DNA of 63,621 nt, filler included, from Octopus bimaculoides (GCF_001194135.2; 5 parts of 5 records of this genome joined end to end with filler, not necessarily neighbours in it), one strand, 5' to 3'. Positions 13,658 through 28,840 are shown, counted from the whole stretch's first letter. Numbers and translations are program-made. Notes: generated by a model not told the origin, from the sequence alone.

Positions 13658-13772
13658 NNNNNNNNNNNNNNNNNNNNNNNNNNNNNNNNNNNNNNNNNNN
13701 NNNNNNNNNNNNNNNNNNNNNNNNNNNNNNNNNNNNNNNNNNNNNNNNNNNNNNNNNNNNNNNNNNNNNNNN

Positions 13773-13816
<44 letters not shown>

Positions 13817-16800
13817 CATACATATATGCAGAGAGAAAGAGAGGAGGGAAGGAGGGAGGAATGGAGGGAGAGACAGAAAATTTAATATAATATAGTTTTC
13901 CCTTTGAATTTTATTTTCCCTTTTTCATCAGATGCCAATAAAAAAAACTTTATGCTTTTGCGAGATATTTATGCTGCTGATAAAAAAAGCAAGAGGATGA
14001 ATTCACGACGATGTACAATCCTTTACCAATATTTGAATCTCGTTCCTATTGCATTCCAATAAAACTAAGAGGCGAAGAAATAAACATTCGCCGAAATTGC
14101 ACCTGATGAATTTACTACGATGAAATTATTCGCGATGAATTCACTGAACACTGCTCGAAATAGATGATGTTAAATGGGACTTCAAACTTACTCTGCTCAT
14201 CATTCTTCTCCAACCTCAGTTTAATCTCTCTGCCTATTTGTCTATCTATTTCTATCTGTTTCTGTATACTCTCTCTCTCCTTCTCTCCCTCTGAATCTTT
14301 TCTCTATCTATCTATCTCTCTGCGTCTTTCCCCTCTCTTTCCCTCACTCCCCAGTACTCTTCCTGTTTGCAAATGAAACCTATCTCAGCGTGTTTTTCTC
14401 TCCTTCGATTCTCTTTTAAACATCCTGTGGCATAAAACTTTCATTTCTAGCATTATAATTCAGGAACATAAAACATACAGTAGTAAGGATAAAACATAAG
14501 GCGGAAATGTTGAATGGTTTGCATTATGGAATAGCACAATGTAGAAATTCAGGTTTATCACAAAAATGTCGATGAAATTATTGCTTCTCCATTAACCGTA
14601 AATGGTTGAGTGCTTCTGGTAAGGAACATATCTGCAGCATATAGCGGTCAGACTGACATCGGCCAATGCGATGGCTTCATTCCTATAAACCATCATGATT
14701 GTGAAAGAAATATAGACCAACGAGAGATATTGCAAAACAGTGAAAAAAGGGTAGAGGGGCAAGTGTGGGGCTTCAGTATATGGCGGAGGGCTGTTGTAAA
14801 ACAAAATAAGAAGAAAATTAATAAGGTTACTGAAAATAAGGCAACATGATAGAAAGAAGAGAGAACGTCAAAGCGATAAATATTGGTAAATAAGATTGTA
14901 GAATAAGATTGAAGATTATATAAGGAAAGATTCCTCATGAAAATGTAAAAAGAACAGAGGATAAAAAATGAGGAAATGGGAATAAAAACGAGCAAAGAAT
15001 AAGCTTTAAAACCTTTCTCTTGCATGAAAAAAAAATACCGAAATGTATGGGTGAATGCAATGGCTAATTACTGCGCTTAATTAATATCGCATTTGACACA
15101 GTCGAAAAAATTTGAATCCATATGCGCTATCTGAAAAGCATATGACAAGATGGTCGCTAGAAAGAGGGGTGAAGAATCATAAAGCGTGCGTTTTTCTAAT
15201 GTCGTCAACAAATTTTCTGATGCATCTTCTACTAGATACAATGTTAGAATCAAAACATTTTCTGAAAACCATTCAACTATTCAGCTGCATTTAGAAATTA
15301 CGACATTCACAAAAATAAAAAAATCATCAGATAATCTATACTTATATTAAAACCTAAATTCTGATTACAGAAGTAGTTTTCTTCAGCTTTTATATAATAG
15401 AAAGCTATAACTTCCATAAATATATTTTGACAGTAATATTCAAAACGAAGCACAACTCCGTGGCAAAATGAGGCGCTACGATAGAAGTTCATCCTAAATT
15501 TTGTTTAAAAAAGTCTTGTCATTGTAAATTCAGCTTAATAAGTATAGTTTTCTTTAAGACGGTTTAATTCATAGAATCTGTTGTTCACATACTTCTACGA
15601 TCTTAGAATGATCATGTTTGCGCTTCTTATACAGAAATATATTTTTCAGATTAGGATAGCATCAATATGTATGGTCAGTGGATGGTAGCTATGCCATCCA
15701 CTGACCACTGTGTTGTTTTCTGCTTTTCGGAAAACAGAGCCTGTGGATAGAAATGCTTTTCTCCTTAGAATCCCTCATTTCCAAAATCCAAATCCAGTAA
15801 TGTTGCAATAATGTACAGAGGCGCTCTTGCAGAAAATTACAAGTTTTAAAAATAAGTTGTTTTCAAAGGCGGCATACTTTCACATTTGCAGACAGATTTT
15901 ATGTTCCCTGCATATATACCCAAGACCAGCGATTCGACTTCGTGTCGAGGTGACTCGGGTACACGGTACCAAATAGATGAAATAACCGCAAACTATCGAC
16001 ACCCACGGGACGATTCGTTTCGCATGATTTCAGGTATTCGGTGTTTTTTAAAACATGATGTCTTAAATGAACTTTTTTCCTGGACGAAATTCCGCAGCTA
16101 ATAAGCAAATAAGCAAAAGAGATGCATTGAACATGTGACATCGGTAATGTTTCCCTTATACAATCGGTTTAAAGTCAATATTTGAACTGAACTATTAAAA
16201 GAAATGTCTTACAACACGGAAGATCTGTCAAAACATCTTTTATCTCTTACTCTTTTACTAATTAGACTGTGGCCATGCTGGGGCACAGCCTTAACTTGCT
16301 AACGAAAATAATCCCGATTTCGTGCGTCAGCAAAGCCACTCAACAATGCGAGTAATTGAGGGTTTACCAGAGAGGAGGTCGCTTTCCTTTTTCCTGGTGC
16401 TTCTCAGTGATATCAGAAAGATAGCTTTCATTGTCGCCATATTCGGTATTATTGGTACTTTGTAAGGGTTAGTTAGTCGCTTGAATTCAGTCAGTACTTG
16501 GCCGATTCTCTCTTTTATCGACCTCCGGAGCGATGAAAATTAAATTTATCTTCTGTGGGCTTTAAATCCAGAACGTAAAAGCCGGAGGAAATAAAATAGC
16601 AAAAGATTTGTTTTGTAATCTAATGATCCTGCCAGTATGCCACGTTAACATCCTGAAATAAGAGGGAAAAAAAGAAGAAAGAAAAGAGGAAACGTTTCCA
16701 TCATCTTAAAATCATTGGCTGTTTAAGTATCCATTTTATACGGTTAGACATTACAACTCTCAACGCTTGTATACTAAAATCCTGGATATTTTGATTATGA

Positions 16801-17112
16801 TTTCACCACTGCAATTCATAATAATGCTATCCAGATTACTCGGTTTATGTTACACCATTATATAAAACAAAACATTACAATATCTCAAATCTGACTTGTC
16901 AAAATATTGTGTTACTTATATTCCATCAAATGGTTTCGAACAACAACTGCAAAATAAACACTCCCACCGCCTCTCAAACTCCTAGTAACACCGTTAAGTC
17001 CACACCACAAAATCAACAGCAACAAATAACAATAAGCAACATTGCTGCTTCATATTACAATTGTGTGTTTAAATATCCGTGAAAGCAAACTGGAATAATT
17101 TTCCCAGAGGCT

Positions 17113-17159
<47 letters not shown>

Positions 17160-17220
17160 NNNNNNNNNNNNNNNNNNNNNNNNNNNNNNNNNNNNNNNNN
17201 NNNNNNNNNNNNNNNNNNNN

Positions 17221-17291
<71 letters not shown>

Positions 17292-17764
17292 CGCGTATGC
17301 GCAGTAGTATGTTTCACGTATGCGTAAGTAGTATGTGCGTGCTTATGCGTTTGTATGTATGTTCTGCGTTCATACACAAGCACTTCTGCGCATGCGTATA
17401 CGTACGTAGTTATGTGATTACGCATGCGTATGCATCACTTTATATAAATGTGCTTGTGTATGTACGTATGTGTCTGTGTGTGTGTTTGTGTGTGAGGTTA
17501 CCATTAAGTGTTTCTTATAACAATTCATCAAGTAAATATGTATCGTGATTGGATCTCTGATGACTAATCTGGATCGCCCAGAAGGATAGATGATGAAGTT
17601 TCCGAAAAAGACAAACAGAAGACAAATCTAGTCAAAGGGCAGATAAATCCCAAATTAGGTCATCGAATATACCGCAACAAAGTGCTGAAACATAGGATTA
17701 CCCAATATAATGAATGAGCGTGCAGTAAAACACTTATGAAAGATGTATAACTGGTTCCAGTTAG

Positions 17765-17813
<49 letters not shown>

Positions 17814-17893
17814 TGAAGTATATTTGCCACTTGAATGTGGCTAACCCGTAAGGGTGGNNNNNNNNNNATATATATATATATATATATATATAT

Positions 17894-18107
17894 ATCGTGA
17901 AGTATATTTGCCACTTGAATGTGGCTAACCCGTAAGGGTGGATGCTACTGTAGCTTGTAGCCCCAAGGAGACATCTCCTCCAGCTGGCTATTGACACACT
18001 ATCTGTGCCCTATCAATAGCCCTGTCAACAGCTAACTGGAGAAGATGCTACAGTAGCATCAACCCTTAGGGCTTAGCCACATTTAAGTGGTAAATATACT
18101 TCACGAT
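17894..18107. mobile_element. Foldback MITE with ~60-bp imperfect TIRs
   Basis: ATCGTGAAGTATATTTGCCACTTGAATGTGGCTAACCCGTAAGGGTGGATGCTACTGTAGC ... GCTACAGTAGCATCAACCCTTAGGGCTTAGCCACATTTAAGTGGTAAATATACTTCACGAT. Confidence 0.85.
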
Positions 18108-18218
18108 GTCGTGGAGTTACTGTTTATACCTCGCTCAGAGATTTTTATTGCTTATCTATAGAGAGAAATATTATTATTTCTAATTTTCTCTAAAGGAGAC
18201 TACGGCACCGGTACTGGA

Positions 18219-18318
18219 TATTAATAGTTATCGCCAAGTCAACATGGCAGTCCCAAAAATAGGCAGCATTCGTCCTAGTTTTTGTACTGCCGTGTTGGCT
18301 TCGCGATAACTATTAATA
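18219..18318. mobile_element. Small hairpin MITE
   Basis: TATTAATAGTTATCGCCAAGTCAACATGGCAGT ... ACTGCCGTGTTGGCTTCGCGATAACTATTAATA inverted termini. Confidence 0.75.
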
Positions 18319-20479
18319 TAGTGGGTAGAAGACATGGAGGATAGAGTAAGTTATTTTTTGTTATTGGTCAGCCATACTTTCCGATACTCAATTTATATCC
18401 ACATTCAGCATATATTGAGCCAAAAAATTCCTGATAGATCTGTGCTATTTACTGATATTATTTGATACTAGATGTTCAAATCCCACGAACTTTGACGTTG
18501 TTTTTTGTCCTTTTATGACTTGAAATTTGCGAGGAATTGTAAGTGGATCGGAGAACATTATTTATACTCATTTTCATAAATTTAGAGGACGATGAAAATT
18601 CAATTCAACACAAGAGGAATTGAGAATTGATCATGCAGAAATGAATTTAATATTTCCTATCAGCATTTAATTCTGTTATCTAACATTTCTGCCGTTCAAC
18701 TCATCGGACTGAGAAAAATGTAGAAATATTTATAGCATTTTTGTTCCTAAATATATAATGCATTACTTAAATAAAAGAAACGGAAATTGTTTGCGGATGC
18801 ATTCAGGCCTGACATTTAAGCCAGCGTTATGTTTGAATATTTTCAGACTCAATGGTCATAGGAAACTTTCACTCTTTCATAGTTAATATTTTAAATAAAG
18901 TCGTAGGATAAGTGTGAACGTTCTGTAAAGCCAGTCTCATATTTTTTGTATATCAGTTGTATACAATGTTTTCAATATGGAAATATGCTATGTTATATAT
19001 TTTGCTTTTCAATGAATATCTTAGTATGTTGTATTTTTCTTTAATATAGGCATCATAGCATATCGTAAATACAAGAGCTAACAGTTTTAATATAGTTTTC
19101 TTTTGAATCTCTGATAAATCATAGGAATTGATATTCTTCATGTAGAACAGAATTATCTTTTGTTACTTGCATGGTATATCTTCTTCCCGTTGAGTTTATG
19201 TTGTAATCTGAAGAATCTTCGTCAAGAAAAAAGTAACAGTGACATTGATTCTTTATTGGATGATTTATTTTGCAATGTTGAGGAATGGAAATATAAAGAT
19301 ATTATGATACAGTATGTGTGATATGGTAACATTTTCCTATATTACTGACATAAATCACTTCTCAGTATCCCGTATTAATTTGCGAAAATTCAAACATTTC
19401 CATCGATGTTAATATCTCTAACTGCGTCATATATCACTTTATTATGTAATTATAATATTCTGAATCGACCCTTTCTTATGATATTACCTACGTTTGTGTT
19501 ATTATATAAAGCTGATATTTGCATTTGATATTTGCATTATATCTGTACATAGAATACTTATCATTTATCATATTAATGGGATTTTACAAATGGTTGAAAC
19601 CACTCAAAAGAAAAAAAATATCCCATGAAGTGTTCATGGGATTTTTTCGTTTTAGTAATTTTCAGCAGAAGGTGAAACCCATTATATTTCCAATGCTTTC
19701 GTAGGATACTGTGTTTCTTTTAATATTTCTTTAATACAATGTATCTTGTAAGCAAAACCTGCATAGCTGTTATATTACAGCCTGTCACATTTTTTCCAAT
19801 TGACATGTTTATCAAATATATTTCTTTAACTTACTACTTTAGCAAGATTTCAATTTTTCATTTAATTTCTTCAAAGTGATTTCTATACATTTTATTCAAT
19901 CTATTAGACTTTCTACTTTTCCTACCATTGAATACCCTACATATTTATGATTATTTATCTTTATTCTGTTAGTAACCCCACCCCACTCGAATAGCGAACA
20001 TTATTTAGAAGGATTTGAAAATTTTACCCCCAAAGAAGCAATGATAAGTAAAGGATATTGGTTGAATTTCTTGTATTTTATGTACAACATTCATACATTT
20101 ACATTAATTTCAAATTTTGGCCGAGGTCGACTTTGCTTTCATTATTTCGGTTGAACACTGGGCTCGATGTAATAGACTTAAACTTCCGCACTCCACAAGT
20201 TGCCGGCATTGTGCCAAAATTTGGAACCAATATATATTTCCTAGAGTCAGATAAACTGTAACAGATTTATACTTAATAGACAACCGTCACTCGCAAGCAA
20301 GTTTCACAGCATCTATCTTGCTTTTGCAAATTGTTTTAGGTGCAAGCAGATATAGACACCCGCACGGATGTCCCACTCATAAAACTAATAATCGTCAACG
20401 TTGTGATTACTTAAAGAAAAGAGAGAAACTCATTCACTGGAGCTCATTTTCAGCTGAATAAGCTGGAAAGCTATAAAAC

Positions 20480-22700
20480 TTATTATTTTATTTTCTGAGT
20501 TCAAATTCAGCCCAGTTCCACCTTTTCTTTCATTATTTTTTTCTTGCTGTTATCAAAAGCTTCTTTTCGGTCATTGCAAAGAACTTCCTCAACTTTTTCT
20601 TCTATCTTTTCTTTTGAAATGCAATCTATCAACGTCTACCTGTGGGTGCAAAGCAGATTGACAACAATTTCCATGTTTTTGCCAGCTTCTTTCTCAATAT
20701 CTATATTTATGCCTTTGTCAATTCGGGAACTGTGCCTGATGGAGATTGTAGTAGTGATAGCATCTATACCACTTAGTTGAGATTTTAATATTTTCGTTTC
20801 CCTTCGAATGTATTTTTTCTAGCTTTGTCTTTCACTGTTCCTCCCTTTATAGAATCAGCTTCCAAGACTCCACAGTAATTTATACCTGTCATATGATTCA
20901 GTCTTTTGTATCTTTTCTTTGTTTATTCCGTAAATGTTATATTTCCATTTTTTCATCATAAATATTGCACATCTGGAAATACCAAATACTGCCCTATTGT
21001 CACAAATAATTACTGTCACTGTATTGTCAAGGTTGTATAGTTCACTCTCAGTCTCGCCATAGAGCTCCAGTTCATCCAAGAATAACAAATGCTTAACTAA
21101 CCCCTGGTCTTTTTCTTAGTTATATCCAGCTTTCCAATTTTACTTCTAGGGAGGGTGAGATAGCCAAAATATAGAGTAAAGATGTCAGACTATCAACTTG
21201 GAAAGTACCCGATTACATTTTACTGTTCAAAGAGGCTATACTGCTGCTAATAGTTTTGTTATTAGAAACCTTGAATATTTTGATTGTTTCCATTTTCCAA
21301 CATAGAAGAAATGTGTTATATACTTTATTTTTGGAGCTGATCTATCAAAACTAATGTGTCTTGCTGTATCTTATAATCATTTTGACAATTATTAGGTGGT
21401 CTTTTCTCCTTTATCTTCCCTAATCGTGTTTGTATCTGATAGGCAGGTGATTGTGTTCCTCTAAAAGTGCATAGATGTTATTTACGCCAAATTCTTTTTC
21501 AGCCCCCATAGTAGTGGAAAGTAAGTTATAGATCTCTAGTTTCAGATAGTAACATCTTTCAACTAGCTTTTTCATAAGGACTTTCTTACCCATAATTATC
21601 TAACTTGAAATACTTCCACTCTGGAGACATTTATATAATAATTTAATCAGTACTTGCCTGCGTGTATCGATCGTGTTCAGCCTGAAACATTCACGTCTGT
21701 CTAAAGCTAGAACATTTTTTTAGAGTGGCAAAATAAAGGAAGAAATTCATCTCTAGGTAGTGGCGACGGTAGAAGAAGTAGATAACTTTCTCCTTTTCTC
21801 TAGTTCTTCACTGTTATGGCTTTCCACTTCCTCCAGCTTTCAAGCAGTCTCCTGATTATTTTGAAACTACCTGCTTTACTGAAACTGGTCTATTCTATTC
21901 TCATATAGCTTTATCTTAGCTACTTCTTTTTTTGCCTCTCTTTGCTTCAGTTCTTCCATTACAGCATTCATTTTTCTCATTTCCACCTCTTCACATTATA
22001 TTTTCTTTCTAGTGTTTTAATAATTATTTCCTTAGTTCACTTTCTTCAAGGAGCTATCGTTGACTCACCTCTCGTCTCATGTTCTTGACTTTGTTTCTCT
22101 CCGTTTTTTTCCACGAAGTTATTTGTCTGTTCGTTCTCACTTTACCTGTCTTGTAGCCGACCTCTTTTGCTACTGCTCTTGCAACAGCCTTGTATAGATA
22201 TTTATAGCCAGGAAGAAGTAAGTGACGCATATCTTATAATATTGTCAGTTTCTTTCGTTTCTTTCTTTATAGAGTCCGTCATTCTCTCTAAGCTTTGAAG
22301 GCTTTTGATTATAATTTTGTTCAAGTTGCTCTAATATCTTGCCCATTAATTCTATTTCCTTGTCACTTCACCTATCCTGTCACATTCTCAACTTCCTTTC
22401 TCTTCTATCCAACTCGACACTTTCTTTTACTAACTACTGTTACACTTTCTCTGTCTACATTTTTTCTTCCCTCCCATTATCCTCATCTTCACCGTTGTCC
22501 TCTTTAGACTTTTAATTTCCTCTTTAATTTCTCCTAACTTCAGGTGCAATACATAGATATCTCGTATTAACTTGCTAACATTCAATGTTTATACCCTATT
22601 TTATTAGATTCGCTCATAAACTTTCATTATTAGATTTACTTCTTTCGCCTAAGTGGTTTTAACTGGTTTCTCTCTTTTTTTTCTCGCTCATTAACACACT
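20480..22700 (-). mobile_element. Heavily degenerate R4/Dong-like RLE LINE (RT region)
   Basis: HLLFLDELELYGETESELYNLDNTV..FGISRCAI (RT YxDD block) and LHPQVDVDRLHFKRK (thumb) on minus strand, many stops and frameshifts; boundaries approximate. Confidence 0.7.
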
Positions 22701-25700
22701 GCACCGGTGTAGTTGTTAGATATTTACTTTTGCATAAACTAGGGATCTCGTAATAACAGGGTGATGACCGATAGGGACCTGCCCTGAACTATTTACCTCG
22801 CGACAGGCACATGGTTCAAAGGGATTTAGTTGCCGTTCGGGGTTATTGGTAATTTCATTATCTGGAATTTCCATTCATGATGAGGTTAATGTTTTAGTAT
22901 TACACAGCCACCACCATTTTATCGAGACACCAATTCTATGAGGGTTACCAACCAAGAGTCAATAAGGACTACCTTCTCATGTAACACACTTAAATCCTCC
23001 ATCATGGTACAAATTTTGTAGTCTTGAGGTAAATTTTGCAGTGGAACTACCTTATTATTATTATTATTAAAATACCATCTCATTGTAGGGACGATGGTAT
23101 CGAATTACGAAGGAAATAACAATTCGAAAAAATACTACAATTTCGGGACCAATTACTCTTAGTCAATATAGGAGAAAATATAACATCTGCTACACTTTTC
23201 ATCCTATAAATTGACATTCGTAAATATATATTTATATATATGAGATGGATTATAGATTGTCCATATATTTACTATTGATCGCTATGCTTGTAACCAGCAT
23301 GTTTTAGAGTATGTATACTGATAAACAATTAAGCATCTTGTAAATCTGGTGATTTCTGGTATTTAACGGGAAGGATGGTGAAAAAATGTTTCGTCTCCAG
23401 CTGCCGTTGAAATATTGATTCTGGTTTGCTGTGTACCGTGTATCATATTCCCCTATATTTATAATTGTGTTAGCATCGTGTCGTTGGTATTGTTATTTGG
23501 CCCCCTGATAATTAATATTAAGAGCTTTCCAACTGTCACCATTTATAATCTGTCCTTAAAATCAGATAGATAATTTGAGAAAGCCTTAGCAACAGTCACT
23601 AAGGGAACCTTCAACAAAATAGTGACATTCTTGTTGATTTTTAATTTCTGTTGATTAGCACATAGTCGACTAGGGTTATAATATCTTGTATTTCTATATT
23701 GTTTTCTAACCAAATAGTTTTACAGGCGAGTATGTTATTTTCCTTGACTATTCCCTGTGATAGATTTCTGTGTAGTAACAACTATGTTACGTTATTTTGC
23801 CCTTACCTATCTGAATGCTGGCGCTTCGATATTCCTATCGTTTGAACTAGCGAAACGCCAACCTTAACATTTATAGAAATAGGTCGTAATTCTTTTTTTT
23901 TACCTATTATCAATATTGCTTTTTTTTTTTTGTTTTTGCTTGAAATATTGTTTTATTCTGTGCATCATTCTATCAAAAAAATATTTATTTTTTCCTCTTC
24001 CTTCCATGCAGCTGGAAAATAGGTTAATGAGAAATGGAATTAAATTCTCTAGAATGTTCTTTTCATCGAGGATTGTGTATTTTAATCAATCTGCACCCAA
24101 TGGTTATAATCTTTATTTGTTCTGCTTCATTGGTATTCTTACTTCTAATGAAATTTTAAATGAAACGATGCAGTAACTCATTTCATTTAATGTAAGATGA
24201 GTTAGCTACTTCCTTTTATAGTTTTAATTTGCATTTTGTGTTTCGTTTTATTTTTATTCTATATTTTGTTTTGTATGTTTTCTTTTTTTGTTAATCTCCT
24301 CTTATATATTGTACATCAGATACTTTTGTGGGTTGCTTCTGAGCTCGTTCGATTCCCAATCAAACATATATCTAGATTGCTCTTACATATGTAGATGATT
24401 TAGTAAATGTCTTTGTGCATGTCTGTGTGTGTGTGTCTGTGTGTGTGTGTGTGTGTGCGTGCGTGCGCGAATTATGGGCATGTAAGCGTGTGTATATCTG
24501 TGTGTGTTTTTTCTAATAATACATGGTAATCATTTTTACAGTAGAATCCAATTCATTTCCTTATTACAGTGTAATACACTCAGTCGGTATGTATCAAGAA
24601 ATTGCAATCAAGAGATTGCATCATCGGTTTAGGACTGTGTGAATTCTGCGGAGATTTAAGCAGTAGTTAGACAGTAAGGTTGTGTAACATCCTAGCTACT
24701 GCTACTAATGTTGCTATTGATGCAACTAATCTCGCTACTACTACCATTGTCTGTATTAGACTGTAGAACTTCATTTAATAACAAATTCAATTAATATGTT
24801 ATAGATTAAACAACAAAAATAGCTAGACAATGACTACAACTTCCTTGTACGCTCACACATGCACAAGCCTATGTGTGTAAGTTTACATATGTCTGTGACT
24901 GTGTATGAATATAAATACACACCTTTTGAAAATTTACAACCAAGGAGACAGAAAAACAGATCCTGAGACATAATCTTTAAAAAAAAACTTTAACAGTTTG
25001 ATATCGTCCCTGAGTACTTAACTAACTCAAATATTCATTTACCGATTCTTCAAAAACTAAACCAGCTAAATAATAAATGATTTAAATCATAGTGATCATT
25101 CATCATATGACCAAAGAGGCCACCTCCACTCCAAATAAACACCAAAAACTACAGCAATGCAGTCGTCTACTATGTAAAATTTCAATGACTATTAATTGTG
25201 TTGTGTACCTTTGATCTTTATTTCTGAGTTAACCATGCAGAGACTTCTAATAGTATGAAATTGGTAGACTTGGTGAGCAGCCAGTAGTATAAATATACTT
25301 TTGTTTTTTTGTTGTGGTGTTAATCAACAATTTTGCGTTTGGTTGAAAATTTGAATTTATCACTAACCTTTGTTCCTTTTTATGTCTGTAACTTATATTC
25401 AGACATGTTTACTTTGAATTAGCAGGAGGATATTCCATTCTTAATCTATTTATAATGATAGGTACTTTGGTAATTTTGTCAGAATTCTTCCCTTTAATGA
25501 TCAAATATGAAAGGATTTTTCATATATTTCGATGTAATTATAAAATAGTAGATATGACTAACAAAATTCAAAGTATCTACTTACGTCAGAGTTCTGTAAA
25601 TTATATAACAAAGTTCATAAGTTCGCATTCTAGACAATGCTACGAGGAAATCCCTGCTTTCACTAGGCTTTCTAAAGATATCTACAAACTGACAATTACC

Positions 25701-26271
25701 CTTTAAATCATTCATATTCAGCTCAGAGCCAGAAGTGCGCATGTGGGATTTAAACTTGTTATGCAGTAAGGAAACGTACCCTAGAAGGTAACGGAATTAT
25801 AACAATGCTCATGACCAGAGCTAAAGTAGATTTACATCACAAATGCAAGATAACATAAGGTTGGATGGTATTTTTAAATTTAAATTTCGATTTGTTCAAC
25901 TAAAACATTCAAGACAGCATCCCAACATGGCTGCAGTCCAAGAATAAGATACATACACAGGAAAGGAATTTCAACCATGTTTCGTGGTCTGCTACCACAA
26001 CAGCTCCTTTATAGGATCCAGTTAGCTCAAGACATCATCAGGAGGAACCACGTCCGGTTTCGGCCCCTACTCCTCTACCGTGTTGACGTGGCGGGGCCAC
26101 CCCCTTTCGGAGGTGGCTTCAGCTCTGGTGTTGGGTGCATGTCTTCTTTCACTGTTTGTGACTGTTCTAATTCAACTGTGGAATGTCCCTCGCTATGGTT
26201 ATTTTCCAGGTGGTTCTGGCCACACGTCTTACGATTCATCAACCCGCGTTGGATATACGTATGTATGTATT

Positions 26272-26302
<31 letters not shown>

Positions 26303-27100
26303 GTATTTGTGTGTGTATGTACGTGTGTGTGTGTGTGCGTGTTAGTATACATAATATTCCACCAGTGATGCCCATATGATGTTAGAATCAAATTTAAAAT
26401 TCATCCAACGCTTGGCACCGGTGCCAAATCATGCTCGCGTCACATAAAAACACAAAGACAGAATTATTTCACCTTAACTGGCCCTGCTCTCTTTAACAGC
26501 ATGCCAAGATGCATGAGTGAAAAGAAGCTCTAATAATATTCAAACGGTTCCTGGATGAATAACCTCCAAGAAATACCCGTTTAAAACTCGTAAACCCGGA
26601 TCTATCTCTCTAGGTAATAAATCTTTACTCGAATGACCTATAATATGAAACGTTATTAAATGCCTTCTCCAAATGCTGGTATTTGCTTACTGAGGGCCTG
26701 CACCATTCCTGGTCAAAACCTAAGTAAGTATATGTCGGTGTGTGTGTGTATATATTTGTGTGTGTGTGTATATATTTGTGTGTGTGTGTATGTGTGAGAG
26801 AGAGAGAGAGAAAGAGAGATTGTTTTGGGTGCAAGTTCTGCTCAGGTTTCCTACAGAAAAGTATGAGTCTCGCCGATCTATGTCTGTGGATAGTACAAGG
26901 AAGCTGAGGTATCAACCGGTTTGCGATTTATTTGTATCTCAGGAGATTTAATTTAGTAGGCAATGATGTATGTTCATCTGCAAAGTTTGCCATCTTTTTC
27001 TACCACTTATTGAACTCACTCTTACCAACTTTCCTCACCAGCTCTTTGCACACACACACACACATAAACTTAAGCGACATATATAAACACATACGCACAC

Positions 27101-27147
<47 letters not shown>

Positions 27148-27780
27148 NNNNNNNNNNNNNNNNNNNNNNNNNNNNNNNNNNNNNNNNNNNNNNNNNNNNN
27201 NNNNNNNNNNNNNNNNNNNNNNNNNNNNNNNNNNNNNNNNNNNNNNNNNNNNNNNNNNNNNNNNNNNNNNNNNNNNNNNNNNNNNNNNNNNNNNNNNNNN
27301 NNNNNNNNNNNNNNNNNNNNNNNNNNNNNNNNNNNNNNNNNNNNNNNAGTAGGTGGCTTTGTGTGTGTATGTGTTTGTGTGTCGGTGCTGCGTGCAAGTG
27401 AATCTCTATGTGCATGTGTGTGCGTGCAGTTTCGTCTATAATTCATTGGCTTTAATAACCCTTGCTGTTTTTGTATGGATGTCATTACTGTATTTATTTC
27501 TATTTTATGTAAAATGTTTATGTGTGTGTCTCTGTGCATGGGCGCGCGTGTGTAGTAGGTGGCTTTGTGTGTGTATGTGTTTGTGTGTCGGTGCTGCGTG
27601 CAAGTGAATCTCTATGTGCATGTGTGTGAATTTATGTTTCACGTTTCATATTCGTATACTAACTTGTAATATATGTATGTGTTTCTACGTAATTGTATGT
27701 GTACATGTCTATGTGTGTGTAAGTCCGTGTAGTTGGAATGCCTGTCTGTATGTTTGTGTGTATTTTTTTGTGTGTTTTCG

Positions 27781-27836
<56 letters not shown>

Positions 27837-28719
27837 TGTGAGTGTGTGCGTGTGCCCGCTATTAACGTGATTATGAGATGTAGTCATATATCTTCATTAC
27901 AGCAAATTGTTAAACTGCCAATGCACAGAGATAATGTAAAAACCATATATAATCCCTGATTATTTGCTGCAATAACTCCTTCCATCAATAACATCTTCTC
28001 TTGGGACAATAAAAGTATGAGAAATTTGTAGAATACCCCAGCTGCGCAGTTGTCCAGACATCGTTGCTATCAGAAATCAATACTGATTAAACATTTGATT
28101 TACCAAATCAATCAAAATAAACTTGCTTTCGAAAAACCTTATATGGATGCACCTATCTCTATATTTGTCCGCGTAACTACTAAAATCATTGAGAAAACAT
28201 ACGAAATTGTTTGCTTTGATATTTAGATATTACATTCGCTCTGTTATCCACTAGATATACACCAAAGTAATATACATTTGATTTTTTCATTAGAATATTA
28301 TATTACTAATAATGTTTCCAAGATAGGTAGAAGGCTGGAAATTCGAACGAGAGAATTGATTGCATCAGCTCCAGTGATTCATTGGTTCTTTATATTTTAT
28401 TCACATCGAAACGGGTATATGATAATTTCATATCAGTGGAATTTGAACCCGAATCGTGACGAACCAGAAGATCTCATTTAATTCGACTTTCCAGTAATTC
28501 TGCTTTCTTTCACTTAAATAATACTAATAATGGTTTAAAATTTTGGGCAGAAGTTCGCTAATAATAGTGGTGACGGTCATCCGATTACATTGATCCCAGA
28601 GTTAAAAGCAAAGTGGACCTCAGCAGAATTTGAAATCAGAACGTAAACGAACGGAACAAATTCCACTAAGCATTTTGTCCGACATGCTAATGACTCTGCC
28701 ATCTTGCAAACTTCATAAA

Positions 28720-28737
28720 GAAGAAGAAGAAGAAGAA

Positions 28738-28832
<95 letters not shown>

Positions 28833-28840
28833 CGATGACG

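Noticed and set aside
17810-17857. Duplicate of the MITE left end
   Set aside because: Exact repeat across a 10-N gap; typical contig-overlap artefact.
25730-25780. SEPEVRMWDL WD40-like mini-exon with gtaagg donor
   Set aside because: GTGGGATTTAAACT matches the reverse complement of the SINE TTCAAATCCCAC block.
27348-27627. 75-bp direct repeat
   Set aside because: First copy abuts an N gap in low-complexity sequence; probable assembly overlap.
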